Below are positions 9,417 through 19,317 of a DNA stretch of 64,000 bases, one piece after another. Made by a program: the position numbers and the translations under genes. The stretch is from Chloroflexota bacterium (GTDB lineage: Bacteria; Chloroflexota; Dehalococcoidia; Bin125). The stretch is taken from the NCBI GenBank assembly GCA_026707145.1, contig JAPOXK010000021.1, positions 169,588-233,587 of the forward strand. The letters are read 5' to 3'. How positions within the stretch are numbered: the stretch's first letter is position 1; each line of letters opens with the position of its first letter. The notes under the pieces are model-generated. The model was not told the origin of the DNA, did no database searches, and was given only the letters and a program-made list of their open reading frames with translations.

Positions 9417-10706
9417 CTATCCGACCTGTTGCGCTGCTTTTTGGCGCACCCACCTTCGTGCTGCTTGCTTCTTGCTCCGCCCATCGGCGCTCTCTGAAAG
9501 CTCTCCGTCGAGCACGGCGTCACGGAGCGCGGCGCGCCAGGTACCGAGCGCGGCATCGCACAGACCCAGCGCCGCGAGCTCCGCGGCGCTCAGCGGCGAT
9601 TCGGCATCGCGCCAGGCGGATAGATACAGCCGCGCCCGCTCCCCCGCGCGCCCCGTCCATAGGGCCGCAGCAGCCTCGATCACCGACACCGGCTCCCCCC
9701 GGAAAGATGTCGCCGCTGCGCTGGGAGCGAGCGCGCGCGCCGCGATCCGTGAACGATGCTGTTGCAAGGACAGACCGCGTTCCAGCGCTCGCCCCTCCTT
9801 GCGCCGCAGTGCACAGTGTGTGGCGACGCGCTGTGCCAGGGCTGGCTCCTCCACTAGGCCATGCAGGGCCCAGAAGTGCTCGCCCTGGCGTCTTCCTCTC
9901 CCGCCCAGTCGCGCCCAGGCATGCCGCAGGCGCGGTGCCGGCCGCCAGCCCCGCACCGCTGCCTCCGTTAACCCCCACTCCACCGCCCGTCGCAGCGCAC
10001 CGTCTGCGGCCTTGTCCTCTAAGAGTCGGCGCCACTCTGCTCCAAAGCGCTCCTGGCTCAGTTCCTGCAATCCGCTGGCGTCGCGCCGCAGCAGCCGCAT
10101 CGTCTTGCGAGAGAGACGTCCTTCCAAGCGGGCGGCGTAACGGCAGGCTCTCAAGAGGCGTGCGGGATCATGGATGAACGAGCGCGTGTGCAGCACACGG
10201 ATCCGCCTCGCGCGTAAGTCGCGCAGCCCGCTGCAGGGGTCCACCAGTTCGCCCCGGCGTGCGTTGGTTAGCGCCAGCGCCACGGCGTTGATACTGAAGT
10301 CCCGTCGCGGCAGGTCGGCCTCGATCGCTGCGGGCCACACCACGGGTGGAGCTGTCGGTTCGGGGTAGCGCTCGCGTCGGGCGCTGGCAAGATCGACGGT
10401 CGCGCTGCCGAGCCGCAGACGTGCGGTCAGGAAGCGGGGAAAGAGCGTGAGATCCGCTTTGCTTGCTTGCGCGGCGGCGCGAGCGATGGCCTCAACCTCG
10501 CCTTCCACGACCAGATCGATCTCGCGCATCGGGCCTGGCTGGGCGCGCAGCAGATCGCGCAGCGCTCCCCCCACGAGATAGAGCGCCGCCCCGTGGCGCT
10601 GCGACTGGCCGACGCAGGCGCAGGTGAGCGTCGCTGCCTCGTGCGCGAATGTGCGTTCGATCTGCTCGATCAGATCCGATCGCAAGGCATGATCCATGCT
10701 CGTCAT
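9417..10706 (-). CDS. cca: tRNA nucleotidyltransferase (CCA-adding enzyme) / poly(A) polymerase family
   Basis: Polymerase-beta-like head LYLVGGALRDLLR…DLVV and the RRDFSINAVA motif. 429 aa. Confidence 0.85.
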   Translation of the reverse strand: MTSMDHALRSDLIEQIERTFAHEAATLTCACVGQSQRHGAALYLVGGALRDLLRAQPGPMREIDLVVEGEVEAIARAAAQASKADLTLFPRFLTARLRLGSATVDLASARRERYPEPTAPPVVWPAAIEADLPRRDFSINAVALALTNARRGELVDPCSGLRDLRARRIRVLHTRSFIHDPARLLRACRYAARLEGRLSRKTMRLLRRDASGLQELSQERFGAEWRRLLEDKAADGALRRAVEWGLTEAAVRGWRPAPRLRHAWARLGGRGRRQGEHFWALHGLVEEPALAQRVATHCALRRKEGRALERGLSLQQHRSRIAARALAPSAAATSFRGEPVSVIEAAAALWTGRAGERARLYLSAWRDAESPLSAAELAALGLCDAALGTWRAALRDAVLDGELSESADGRSKKQAARRWVRQKAAQQVG

Positions 10707-10801
10707 AATATGGACTCACGATGACGGGCTATCGAGTGCCACGATACGGGAAGATAAACTGCACATGTGTCTGAGCGGCTGATGGTTAACCTTTCGGAGT
10801 C

Positions 10802-11572
10802 TTGGCCGTGACCGCAGGGGTGGTTCTCGACCCTGCAGCCCTCTCGCGTGCCCATGGTGGACGGCGACTCGATGTGCTCACCCGCCGCCTTGGTTACCGC
10901 TTCGAAAACGCTGCCTTGCTGCGTCAAGCGCTCCTCCACCGTTCCTATCTCAACGAGAACCCCCACGAATTGCTCGAATCGAATGAGCGCTTGGAGTTCC
11001 TCGGCGACGCCGTTCTCGATCAGATCATCTCCCGCCGCCTCTATGATGATTATCCTGCGGCGGGCGAAGGTTGGCTGACCGAAGTGCGATCGCTTCTCGT
11101 GCGGAACGAAACCCTCGCCTTTCTCGCCGAACAATATGGCCTTGGTTCCTACATCGTGCTCGGCAAGGGCATCGACGCGCAGAACGGGCGTGAGCAACCG
11201 GCCATCTTGGGCCGGACCTTCGAGGCGCTGATCGGCGCCATCTACATCGACGGAGGGATCGGGTCCGCACGGCGTTTCGTTCTCCGCGCGCTCGCCGCCG
11301 AGCTTGATGCCATCGCTATCGCTGGTTTTGAGCGTGATCCGAAGACGCTTCTCCAAGAGGCTTGCCAGAGCCGCTGGCACGCGACCCCCACGTATCACAC
11401 GATCGACGAGCGCGGCCCCGCCCACGCGCGCGAGTTCACCGTCCTGGTTCGTTTGCAGGACCGCGATCTCGCCACCGGCGAGGGCAAGAGCAAGCAGGCC
11501 GCCGAGAAATTGGCCGCGGAAGCGGCGCTGCGCTCGCTGCCGACGGCCGCACCGGCTGGCGCGCAAGGGTGA
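10802..11572 (+). CDS. rnc: Ribonuclease III
   Basis: RNase III signature ERLEFLGDAVLDQIIS, N-terminal LGYRFENAALLRQALLHRSY and a C-terminal dsRBD. The start is TTG/GTG and its exact position is uncertain. Confidence 0.9.
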   Translation: MAVTAGVVLDPAALSRAHGGRRLDVLTRRLGYRFENAALLRQALLHRSYLNENPHELLESNERLEFLGDAVLDQIISRRLYDDYPAAGEGWLTEVRSLLVRNETLAFLAEQYGLGSYIVLGKGIDAQNGREQPAILGRTFEALIGAIYIDGGIGSARRFVLRALAAELDAIAIAGFERDPKTLLQEACQSRWHATPTYHTIDERGPAHAREFTVLVRLQDRDLATGEGKSKQAAEKLAAEAALRSLPTAAPAGAQG

Positions 11573-11579
11573 TGCGATC

Positions 11580-14500
11580 GTGCACCTGAAGCAGATCGAG
11601 ATCCAGGGGTATAAGTCGTTCGCCAGCAAGACGGTGGTGGAGATCGATCCTGGGATCACCGCCGTCGTTGGCCCCAACGGCTCCGGCAAGTCCAATATCA
11701 CGGACGGCATGCGCTGGGTGCTCGGTGAGCACAGTGGCAAGGCGATGCGCACACGCCGTCTGGAGGAAGTGATCTTCGCCGGCTCTGATCAACGGCCGCC
11801 TGCCGGCATGGCAGAGGTCCGGATTACCCTCAACAACGAGGACAGCTGGCTGCCGCTCGACTTTACCGAGGTCAACGTCGCCCGCCGTGTGCACCGTAAC
11901 GGCGACTCCGAATTCTTCATCAACAACAACCGGGTGCGCCTGCGCGACATCCAGGAGCTCTTCCTGCGCGGAGGCCTCGGTCCGAGCTCTTACGCGATCC
12001 TGGGCCAAGGTCTGGTCGAAGAGGTGCTCCGCCTCCGTCCTGAGGAGCGCCGTGCCTTGATCGAAGAGGTCGCCGACGTGCGCCGCCATCGCGCCCGGAT
12101 TGAAGAGGCGCAGCGTAAGCGGGGCGCGGCGCAGGAGAATCTTGGCAAGGTGCGCCTCTTGCTTGATGAGATCGAGCCGCGCATGCGCACGCTTGAGCGC
12201 CAAGCCAAGCGCGCGCTCAAGCATGCCGAGATCCAACGCGCCCTCCGGCGCGCCCTTGCGGATTGGTATGGCCGCGAGTGGCGGCATGCGGACAGTAAAT
12301 GCGCCCGTGATCGCGAAACCTTCGAACTCCGCGAGCGTCAACAGAGCGACGCCGCACAAGTCGTGCGCGATGCCGAAGAGGCGGCGACGGAAGCCGAGAG
12401 CCAGCAGCGCGCCGCGCGCCTTGAGACCGAGCGCGCTGCTGCTGAGCAGCGCCGCCGCGCCGATCACGTCCGTCGTCTCGAACAGGAGCAGGCGCTGGCT
12501 GCAGAGCGCCAGCGCTTGCTCACTGATCGCGCCGCCGAACTGCGGCGGGACCTGAGCGCGCTCGATCGCGACGGCGCGGCAGCGTCGCGTGATGTCCCCA
12601 TCGAGCTGGACCCCAGCTTGGAACGCTCCCTCAGGGAAGCCGAAGAGGCGCTCACCGCCGCCCGCGACCGCCTCGCTCAGGTCGATGCGGAGCAGGAAGT
12701 GGTCCGCGGTCGGCTGATCGAGATCGACGAAGATCTCGCTCGCCTCCGCGGTGCCCAAGCTGAGGACGGCGCGCGCTTGACTCATATCGCCGCCGAGCGT
12801 GAGCGCCTCCGCGCCGATACGGGAGAGGCGCGCCGATCACCCCTGCTAGCCGCGCTGGAGGAGGCTGAGGCCGTCGCCAGGGGCGCCGAAGAGGCCAGTA
12901 GCGCCGCCGCCGCTGCCGCCAAGCAAGCGCGTGAGAGTCGCGAGGGCTTGGCCCAGCGCTACTACGCCGTTTCCGCCTACATTCGCAATTTGGAGAGCGC
13001 ACGTGCCGCCCGTGAACGGCGCTTGCAGGCGGCGCGTGACCGACTCGAGATCCTGCGCGCGATGCAAGCGGAAAGCGAGGGCATGCGCCAAGGACTGCGC
13101 GCCCTCTTCGGCGGTCGCGGCGTGCCTCGCGGCGATGAGCCCACCGGTATTCCCGGCGTGCTGGGCGTGCTCCGTCATTTGATGCGCGTTCCCCGTGGCC
13201 TCGAGCGCGCGATCGAGGCTGCCCTTGAGGACTACGTGGACGCGGTCGTCTTCGATGACGCCGAGCAAGCGCTCCAAGTCATTGATGCGCTCTCGCGTGA
13301 GCACGCCGGACGGATCGTCACGCTCCCGCTCGATACGCTGCGGCACCGAAGCCCGCTCGCGCTCCAGCGCGAGCCCGGCGTGATCGGCACGGCATCCGCT
13401 CTCGTTCAGTGCGACGACCGCTTTCGTCCCCTCATCGACAGCGTGCTCGGTCGCACCATCGTTGTGGAGGACATTTCCGCCGCTCGTCAGATCCTTGGGC
13501 GGGGGCTGAGCAGCGTGGTGACTCGCGAAGGCCACCTGTTGCGTCCGCTCGGCGCCATCGTCGGCGGTGAGGTGGCCAGGAGCAGCTCGTTCGGCCGCGA
13601 GAGCGAGTTGCAGTCGTTGCCCGGGGAGATCGCCGATCTTGAACGATCTTTGCAGCAATCTGCCGAGTATGAAGAGCGGAAAGGGGAGTTGGCCGATGTC
13701 GAGCGCCAGCTCAGCGCTGCCGAGGCAGAAACCGAGCGCATCGCAGAGCAGCGCGCGGCCGCTATCGAGGATGCCGCTGCCCGCCGCACTGAAGCGCTTC
13801 GCTTGCGCGGCGAGTTCGAGAATATGGAGGCGGAGGGCGCGCGCGCCCGCGCGCGCCTCGCCACTCTCGAGGAGGAAGATGCCCGCCTCCGTCAGGAGGT
13901 CGCCGCCCGGGACGCCGAGATCGATGCGATCGAAGGCCGACGGCCGTCCCTTGCCGCGATCGAAGAGCTCGCCAGCCGCCGTCGTGAGTGTGCGCAGATC
14001 GCTGGAGAGGCGGAGGCTCGTCAGAGCGCGCTTGCGGGCCGCCACGAGACGATCGAAGCGGCCTTGCGCGCACGCGCAGCCGCCCAAGTCCGTATGCGTG
14101 AGCAGCGCCAAGCGCGCAACGCGCGGCTGCAAGAGGTTGATCATGAGCTCGCCGAGATCGCGGAGGAAGCCGTCCGGCGCGAGCGCGATCTCGTCCACCT
14201 GCGCGAGGAGCACGCTGCCGCTCTCGCCGCCAGCCCGGACCACGATGCCGTTTCCCGTCTCGCCGACATTGAGAGTGCCCGCCGCGAGACCGTGCAAGCC
14301 GCTCAGAGAGGGTTGCTCGCTGCGGATCGCGCCCTGCTGAACGCCAAGGCTGCGCTTGGGGAGAGCCACGCTGCTCGCGAGCGCTTGCGTGAGGCGATAC
14401 GTACCGACGGGTTCGACGCCGATGGCCGCGGCCGCATAGTCATGCTGGACGCGCTTCCCGAGGAGTCCCTCGGCCGGGGAGACGTGGGAATGGGGGAGAG

Positions 14501-15362
14501 TGCTCCTGCCGCCTCCGCCCCGATGAGCGCTGCCCGCTCCGCCGCGCGCACCGTGGTCGAGGGCGGCTCTGACGTTTCCGCTCCTGCGCGGGCGGGCGAA
14601 GATCAAGAGAACGGTGCGATCGTGGACGGGGCGCCTGTGGAGCGCTCCCTGGGATCACTGCCTGTTCCCGTCGCCGACGATCCCGAGATGGCCGGCCTCT
14701 CCGACGATGATCTGCGCGATCTAGTCGAGGAGAATCGTGCCCGCTTGCGCCGGCTCGGCAGCGTCAACGTTGATGCGGCGGCCGAGTACGAGGAGATCAG
14801 CGAACGGCACGCCTATCTCGCTGGCCAAGTCACCGACCTCGAAGCCGCTGAGCGCCGCATGCTGGAGATCGAGACCGAACTGACTGGCCTGATCCGCGTC
14901 TCCTTCCGCGCGACGTTCGAGAAAGTCGACGAGCAGTTCCGGCACTACTTCAAGACGATGTTCCGCGGCGGACACGCGCAGCTCACGATCGCGGACGACG
15001 ATTGGGATCAGGGGGGCGTCGAGCTTGAGGCGCAACCTCCCGGCAAGCGCGTGGAGGCGCTCTCCATGCTCTCCGGTGGGGAGCGCGCCCTCACTGCCAT
15101 CGCCCTGCTTTTCGCTGTGCTGGAAGTCAACCCCGCTCCTTTCTGCGTCCTCGACGAGGTCGATGCCGCTTTGGACGAAGCCAACGTCACCCGCTTCGTA
15201 GCGGCCCTTAAGGAGCTGGCCACGCGCACCCAGTTCGTCGTGATCACGCATAATCGCCGCACGATCGAACAGGCCGACGCCATCTACGGCATCACCATGG
15301 GGGAGGACTCCGTGAGCCGTGTTCTCTCCGTGCGCCTGGCCGAGCTCGACCTCGCCGAGTAA
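11580..15362 (+). CDS. smc: Chromosome partition protein SMC
   Basis: Walker A block KQIEIQGYKSFASKTVVEIDPGITAVVGPNGSGKSN, long coiled-coil arms, hinge, and C-terminal signature LSGGERALTAIALLFA…CVLDEVDAALD. GTG start 8 nt after the rnc stop. Confidence 0.92.
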   Translation: MHLKQIEIQGYKSFASKTVVEIDPGITAVVGPNGSGKSNITDGMRWVLGEHSGKAMRTRRLEEVIFAGSDQRPPAGMAEVRITLNNEDSWLPLDFTEVNVARRVHRNGDSEFFINNNRVRLRDIQELFLRGGLGPSSYAILGQGLVEEVLRLRPEERRALIEEVADVRRHRARIEEAQRKRGAAQENLGKVRLLLDEIEPRMRTLERQAKRALKHAEIQRALRRALADWYGREWRHADSKCARDRETFELRERQQSDAAQVVRDAEEAATEAESQQRAARLETERAAAEQRRRADHVRRLEQEQALAAERQRLLTDRAAELRRDLSALDRDGAAASRDVPIELDPSLERSLREAEEALTAARDRLAQVDAEQEVVRGRLIEIDEDLARLRGAQAEDGARLTHIAAERERLRADTGEARRSPLLAALEEAEAVARGAEEASSAAAAAAKQARESREGLAQRYYAVSAYIRNLESARAARERRLQAARDRLEILRAMQAESEGMRQGLRALFGGRGVPRGDEPTGIPGVLGVLRHLMRVPRGLERAIEAALEDYVDAVVFDDAEQALQVIDALSREHAGRIVTLPLDTLRHRSPLALQREPGVIGTASALVQCDDRFRPLIDSVLGRTIVVEDISAARQILGRGLSSVVTREGHLLRPLGAIVGGEVARSSSFGRESELQSLPGEIADLERSLQQSAEYEERKGELADVERQLSAAEAETERIAEQRAAAIEDAAARRTEALRLRGEFENMEAEGARARARLATLEEEDARLRQEVAARDAEIDAIEGRRPSLAAIEELASRRRECAQIAGEAEARQSALAGRHETIEAALRARAAAQVRMREQRQARNARLQEVDHELAEIAEEAVRRERDLVHLREEHAAALAASPDHDAVSRLADIESARRETVQAAQRGLLAADRALLNAKAALGESHAARERLREAIRTDGFDADGRGRIVMLDALPEESLGRGDVGMGESAPAASAPMSAARSAARTVVEGGSDVSAPARAGEDQENGAIVDGAPVERSLGSLPVPVADDPEMAGLSDDDLRDLVEENRARLRRLGSVNVDAAAEYEEISERHAYLAGQVTDLEAAERRMLEIETELTGLIRVSFRATFEKVDEQFRHYFKTMFRGGHAQLTIADDDWDQGGVELEAQPPGKRVEALSMLSGGERALTAIALLFAVLEVNPAPFCVLDEVDAALDEANVTRFVAALKELATRTQFVVITHNRRTIEQADAIYGITMGEDSVSRVLSVRLAELDLAE

Positions 15363-15388
15363 CGCGCGGACGCTGGCGAGGTTCTGCG

Positions 15389-16453
15389 GTGAGACTGCTC
15401 CGCATCGGTCGTAACGCCCGGTCCGACCTGGGAGCGCAGCAGGACGAGGCGGCCGAGCTGGCGCGCCGCATGGAGCGCGTGGCCGCCCCCAGCCGTCGCG
15501 CCGCCATCGGACGGATCGGGGCGGTGCTGCGCCGCCGCCCGATCAACGAAGCGCTTTGGGACGAGCTCGAGGAGATCCTCATTGAAGCCGATCTCGGCGT
15601 GCCGACCTCTACCTTCCTGATCGAGTGCCTGCGCGCCGCCGACGTTGCCGACGCCACCGCCCTGCGCGCGCGCTTGCGCGATGATCTGATCGCCTTACTG
15701 GGGGCGCCCGACCGCGGTGATTCTCCGGCCGCTCCCGGCGGTGCCCTCTGGGGTCCTGGAGTTGTGAGGGGGGATCGACCCGAGCCACCTTTTCCCCACG
15801 TGGTGCTGGTGGTTGGGGTGAACGGCGCTGGCAAGACCACTACCATTGCGAAGCTGGCTCACGCCTATGGAGGCGAGGGCCGTGACGTCGTCATCGCCGC
15901 CGCAGATACGTTCCGCGCCGCCGCGGTGGAGCAGTTGCGTCACTGGGGCGAACGCGTCGGAGCGGCCGTGATCGCGCACGCTCCCGGCGCCGATCCCGGC
16001 GCCGTCACCTATGATGCGCTCGACGCGGCCGTGGCCCGTGGCGCTGCTCTCGTCCTGATTGACACCGCCGGCCGTCTTCAGACCAAGCGGAACCTCATGG
16101 CCGAGTTGGCCAAGGTGCGCCGCGTGATCGCCGGGCGGGTGCAGGGTGCGCCCCACGAAGTGTTGCTCGTGCTCGACGCCAACACCGGCCGCAACGGCCT
16201 CAGCCAGGCGCGCCTCTTCCGTGAGGCGGTGGAGGTGACCGCCGTCTGCCTCGCCAAGCTGGACGGCTCCAGCAAGGGCGGCACCGTTTTCGCCGTGGCG
16301 CGGGAACTGGGGCTGCCGGTGCGCTTCGTCGGTACCGGCGAAGGGCTTGATGACCTCGCCCCGTTCGCTCCGGCTCCCTTCGTCGACGCGCTTCTCGTTC
16401 CCGCCTCTGCCGGCGCCGAGGGCGGCGAGGGCGGCGAGCCAGCCGGTGCATAA
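15389..16453 (+). CDS. ftsY: Signal recognition particle receptor FtsY
   Basis: NG domain motifs VVLVVGVNGAGKTTTIAKLA, DTAGR and LAKLDGSSKGG. Confidence 0.9.
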   Translation: MRLLRIGRNARSDLGAQQDEAAELARRMERVAAPSRRAAIGRIGAVLRRRPINEALWDELEEILIEADLGVPTSTFLIECLRAADVADATALRARLRDDLIALLGAPDRGDSPAAPGGALWGPGVVRGDRPEPPFPHVVLVVGVNGAGKTTTIAKLAHAYGGEGRDVVIAAADTFRAAAVEQLRHWGERVGAAVIAHAPGADPGAVTYDALDAAVARGAALVLIDTAGRLQTKRNLMAELAKVRRVIAGRVQGAPHEVLLVLDANTGRNGLSQARLFREAVEVTAVCLAKLDGSSKGGTVFAVARELGLPVRFVGTGEGLDDLAPFAPAPFVDALLVPASAGAEGGEGGEPAGA

Positions 16454-16549
16454 GGCACCGCTACCATTCAAGGTGGAAACGAGCGCCGGTTACACTAGGG
16501 AGGCGTTCTCCCGAAGCCGTCGGGGGCGCAAACGTAAGGAGCATCTCCC

Positions 16550-17083
16550 ATCGAGCGCATCGCCGGCCTGATTCAAGCGCTACCACGGAGGCACAGCCAG
16601 CTGCTACCCGCGCTGCATCTCGTCCAAGAGGAGCTCGGCTGGATTCCACGCGAGGGGATAACGATCGTCGCCAAGCACCTGCGCCTCAGTGAAGCCCAAG
16701 TGTACGGGGCCGTCACCTTCTACTCCGAGTTTCGTGAGATCCCGCCCCCCGGCACGCTCGTCGTCTGGTGCAGCGGTCCCAGCTGCCGCATCGTGGGCGG
16801 CGGCTCCATCAAGGCCGTGCTCGAAGCTGAATTTGGGTGCCGCCTCGGTGAGAACGCTCCTGGCGACGCTTACGGTCTCTGGTTGGGACAGTGCAACGGA
16901 ACCTGCGAGCGGGCGCCCCAAGTCTGGGTCAACGGCCGCGTGATCGGTCCGCTCACCGTTGCGGAGGCCGTGCGGTTGGCGCGCCGCGTCAAAGCCGGCG
17001 CGCAAGTTGTGCCGCCCCCCGCCGCTCCCGATGCCGATCTGCCGATCGCGCCTTGGCGCGGTGCCGCGGAGCAGCGCTCGTGA
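16550..17083 (+). CDS. NuoE-like thioredoxin-fold [2Fe-2S] subunit (NADH dehydrogenase 24 kDa subunit / HoxE family); start codon unresolved
   Basis: Conserved NuoE sequence …LLPALHLVQEELGWIPREGITIVAKHLRLSEAQVYGAVTFYSEF…CSGPSCRIVGG…GQCNGTCERAP with 4 Cys. An in-frame stop sits at 16535. No ATG/GTG/TTG exists between that stop and the conserved region; only ATC, ATT or CTG. An AAGGAG motif at 16536-41 lies 8 nt before the ATC at 16550. The first canonical start (GTG 16700) would remove the conserved N-terminal helix. Confidence 0.7.
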   Translation: MERIAGLIQALPRRHSQLLPALHLVQEELGWIPREGITIVAKHLRLSEAQVYGAVTFYSEFREIPPPGTLVVWCSGPSCRIVGGGSIKAVLEAEFGCRLGENAPGDAYGLWLGQCNGTCERAPQVWVNGRVIGPLTVAEAVRLARRVKAGAQVVPPPAAPDADLPIAPWRGAAEQRS

Positions 17084-19062
17084 GTGAGCGCTACGCCGCC
17101 CTGCGCGCCGCCGCCTGCGCCGGTTGGGACGATCGCCACGGGATCGATGCCGAGCGGACGGTGCTACGCGTCGATCTCAGCACCTCTTCCATTGCGGCCG
17201 GCGCCGACCGCACCCTTGCCGCGCTGCGCGCCGCCGTCGCTGCTCGCCGCTTGGACTGTGCGATCGTCGTGACCGGCACTACGGGCGCCTCCTTTGCTCT
17301 GCCGACGGTCGAGGTTCAGCGCCCGGGCGCGGCCCCAGTGCTCTATGGTCCCGTCCCGGCTGATTCGGTGGGCGAATTCGTGGCCGCCGTCGTTGCGGAA
17401 GGCGACCCCCGTGCCCGCTGGGCTTTGGGCTGGCGGGCTTGCCCCCTGCCCTTCTCCCCCGACTCCCCGCCCAATGAGCATGCCGACGTTCCTCTCCGTG
17501 CCGAGGATCAGAGCGAGGGCGTGTCGGCGCTCGCCGATCACCCGTTCTGGCGGCATCAGCAGCGGCGCCTGATGCGATGGATGGGCGTGATCGACCCCGA
17601 ATCGATCGATGACGCGCTCGCGACCGGTGCCTACGCCGGGCTGGATCGGGCCTTGACCATGGAGCCACTCGCGATCTGCGACCGTGTCGAGGAGGCCGGC
17701 GTCGGCGGCCGCGGCGGTGGCGGATTCCCCGCTGGCCGCAAATGGAAGTTTCTGCAGGGCGCTCCCGGTCCCGTCAAGTACATGGTCTGCAACGCCGACG
17801 AGGGCGACCCCGGCGCCTTCGTCAACCGCGTGCAGATGGAATCGGACCCCCACGCGCTGCTTGAGGGCATGATCATCGCCGGCCGTGCCACCGGCGCCGG
17901 CTACGGCTATATCTACATCCGCGACGAGTATCCACTCAGCATCGCTCGCGTGCAGCGTGCCATCGACCAAGCGCGCGCGGGGGGGCTCCTGGGCGACGAC
18001 ATCCTGGGGAGCGGGTTCGCCTTCGACCTCGAGATCACGCGCGGGGCCGGTTCCTACGTCTGCGGCGAGGAGACCGGTCTGATCGCTTCGATCGAAGGGC
18101 TGCGCGGCATGCCCAAGATCCGCCCGCCCTTCCCCGCCCAGCGCGGCGTTTTCGCCCAGCCCAGCAACGTGAACAACGTCGAGACCTACGCGAACGTGCC
18201 ACTGGTGCTGCGTCACGGCGCTGCCTGGTACCGCGAGGCCGGCGTTCAAGCGGATGCTGGCACCAAGATGTTCAGCATCAGCGGCCACATCGAGCGCCCC
18301 GGCGTCCTGGAGGTGCCTTTCGGGCTGCCTCTTTCCACGTTGCTCGTGGAGGCCGGCGGCGGCACGCCCGACGGCCGTCCCGTGAAGGGCGTGCAGCCCG
18401 GCGGCCCGCTGGGTGGGATTCTGCCCGCTGTCGATCTTGATCTGCCGCTGGAGCGGGCCCCTTTCAGCGAGCGCTCGTTGTTGCTGGGGTCCGGCGGCCT
18501 CATCCTATTCGACGATCGTACCTGCGTGCTGGATCTGGCCCTCTACTTCAGCGAGTTTTGCGAGGACGAGTCCTGCGGTCGCTGCACGACCTGCTTCGGC
18601 GGGGGCCAGCGCCTAGTGGAACTGCTGACCCGCATCGCTGCTGGCGGTGGTCGCGACGACGACCTCGATCGGATCGGCGCGATCGACCGCACGATGCAGA
18701 ACGCCAACTGCCTGCACGGACAGTTCACCCCTTATGCCGTCCGCAGCGTCTTGCGCTTCTTCCGCGAGGAGTTGGAGGCGCACGCGCGCGAGCGCCGCTG
18801 TCCGGCCCGTCGCTGTCGCGGTCTGATCCGTCACCGTATCAGCGCGCCGGACCACCCCGCGCTGGCCGAGGCGGCAGATCTTTGCCCCACTGATGCGATC
18901 GGCGGCCTTCCCGCCGGGAAGGGGTGGGCGATCGACGACGCGCGCTGCATCCAGTGCGGTCTCTGCCGCGAGCTGGCGCCCGCAGCGGTGGTCGTCGCGG
19001 ATCGTTTCGCATCGGTGGCTTCCCCCCGCGCCGTCCACGAGCCGGTTTCTTCTTCTGCTTAG
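17080..19062 (+). CDS. NuoF-like NAD(H)-binding flavoprotein with C-terminal ferredoxin-like extension (HoxF/FdsB-type diaphorase subunit)
   Basis: Motifs GVGGRGGGGFPAGRKWKF, CNADEGDPGAFVNR and the 4Fe-4S ESCGRCTTC. Extra C-terminal Cys clusters CPARRC…CPTDA…CIQCGLC. An N-terminal thioredoxin-like extension of ~200 aa is present. The GTG start overlaps the nuoE-like stop. Confidence 0.8.
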   Translation: MSERYAALRAAACAGWDDRHGIDAERTVLRVDLSTSSIAAGADRTLAALRAAVAARRLDCAIVVTGTTGASFALPTVEVQRPGAAPVLYGPVPADSVGEFVAAVVAEGDPRARWALGWRACPLPFSPDSPPNEHADVPLRAEDQSEGVSALADHPFWRHQQRRLMRWMGVIDPESIDDALATGAYAGLDRALTMEPLAICDRVEEAGVGGRGGGGFPAGRKWKFLQGAPGPVKYMVCNADEGDPGAFVNRVQMESDPHALLEGMIIAGRATGAGYGYIYIRDEYPLSIARVQRAIDQARAGGLLGDDILGSGFAFDLEITRGAGSYVCGEETGLIASIEGLRGMPKIRPPFPAQRGVFAQPSNVNNVETYANVPLVLRHGAAWYREAGVQADAGTKMFSISGHIERPGVLEVPFGLPLSTLLVEAGGGTPDGRPVKGVQPGGPLGGILPAVDLDLPLERAPFSERSLLLGSGGLILFDDRTCVLDLALYFSEFCEDESCGRCTTCFGGGQRLVELLTRIAAGGGRDDDLDRIGAIDRTMQNANCLHGQFTPYAVRSVLRFFREELEAHARERRCPARRCRGLIRHRISAPDHPALAEAADLCPTDAIGGLPAGKGWAIDDARCIQCGLCRELAPAAVVVADRFASVASPRAVHEPVSSSA

Positions 19063-19317
19063 ACTGCCGACGCCTGGACGCCGCCGCCGTCCCGCGGCGG
19101 CTTGCCGGGGTCGATGGAGTCCATAGCACGCTTTTATGTGAGCGCACGTTCGCTTTCAGGCGAGCCTTGCTAGGCTGAATCAACGCGCTCGCGCGCACGC
19201 TCGGCGGAGCGCGGGCGGGCGCCTTGTCAGTCGGGGTCGGCGCGTGGTGTACGTTTCCTTGCGTACGCGGTACCGTGTAGGATGATCGCGTAACTGGGCG
19301 TGTGAACGGGAGGCGTT

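Noticed and set aside
11436-14606. Two long minus-strand ORFs (449 aa and 586 aa)
   Set aside because: Both are antisense to smc. Coiled-coil genes with GAG/GCG-rich codons generate long reverse-frame ORFs. No motifs.
17164-18288. 374-aa minus-strand ORF
   Set aside because: Antisense to the NuoF-like gene, which carries diagnostic FMN/NADH/4Fe-4S motifs.
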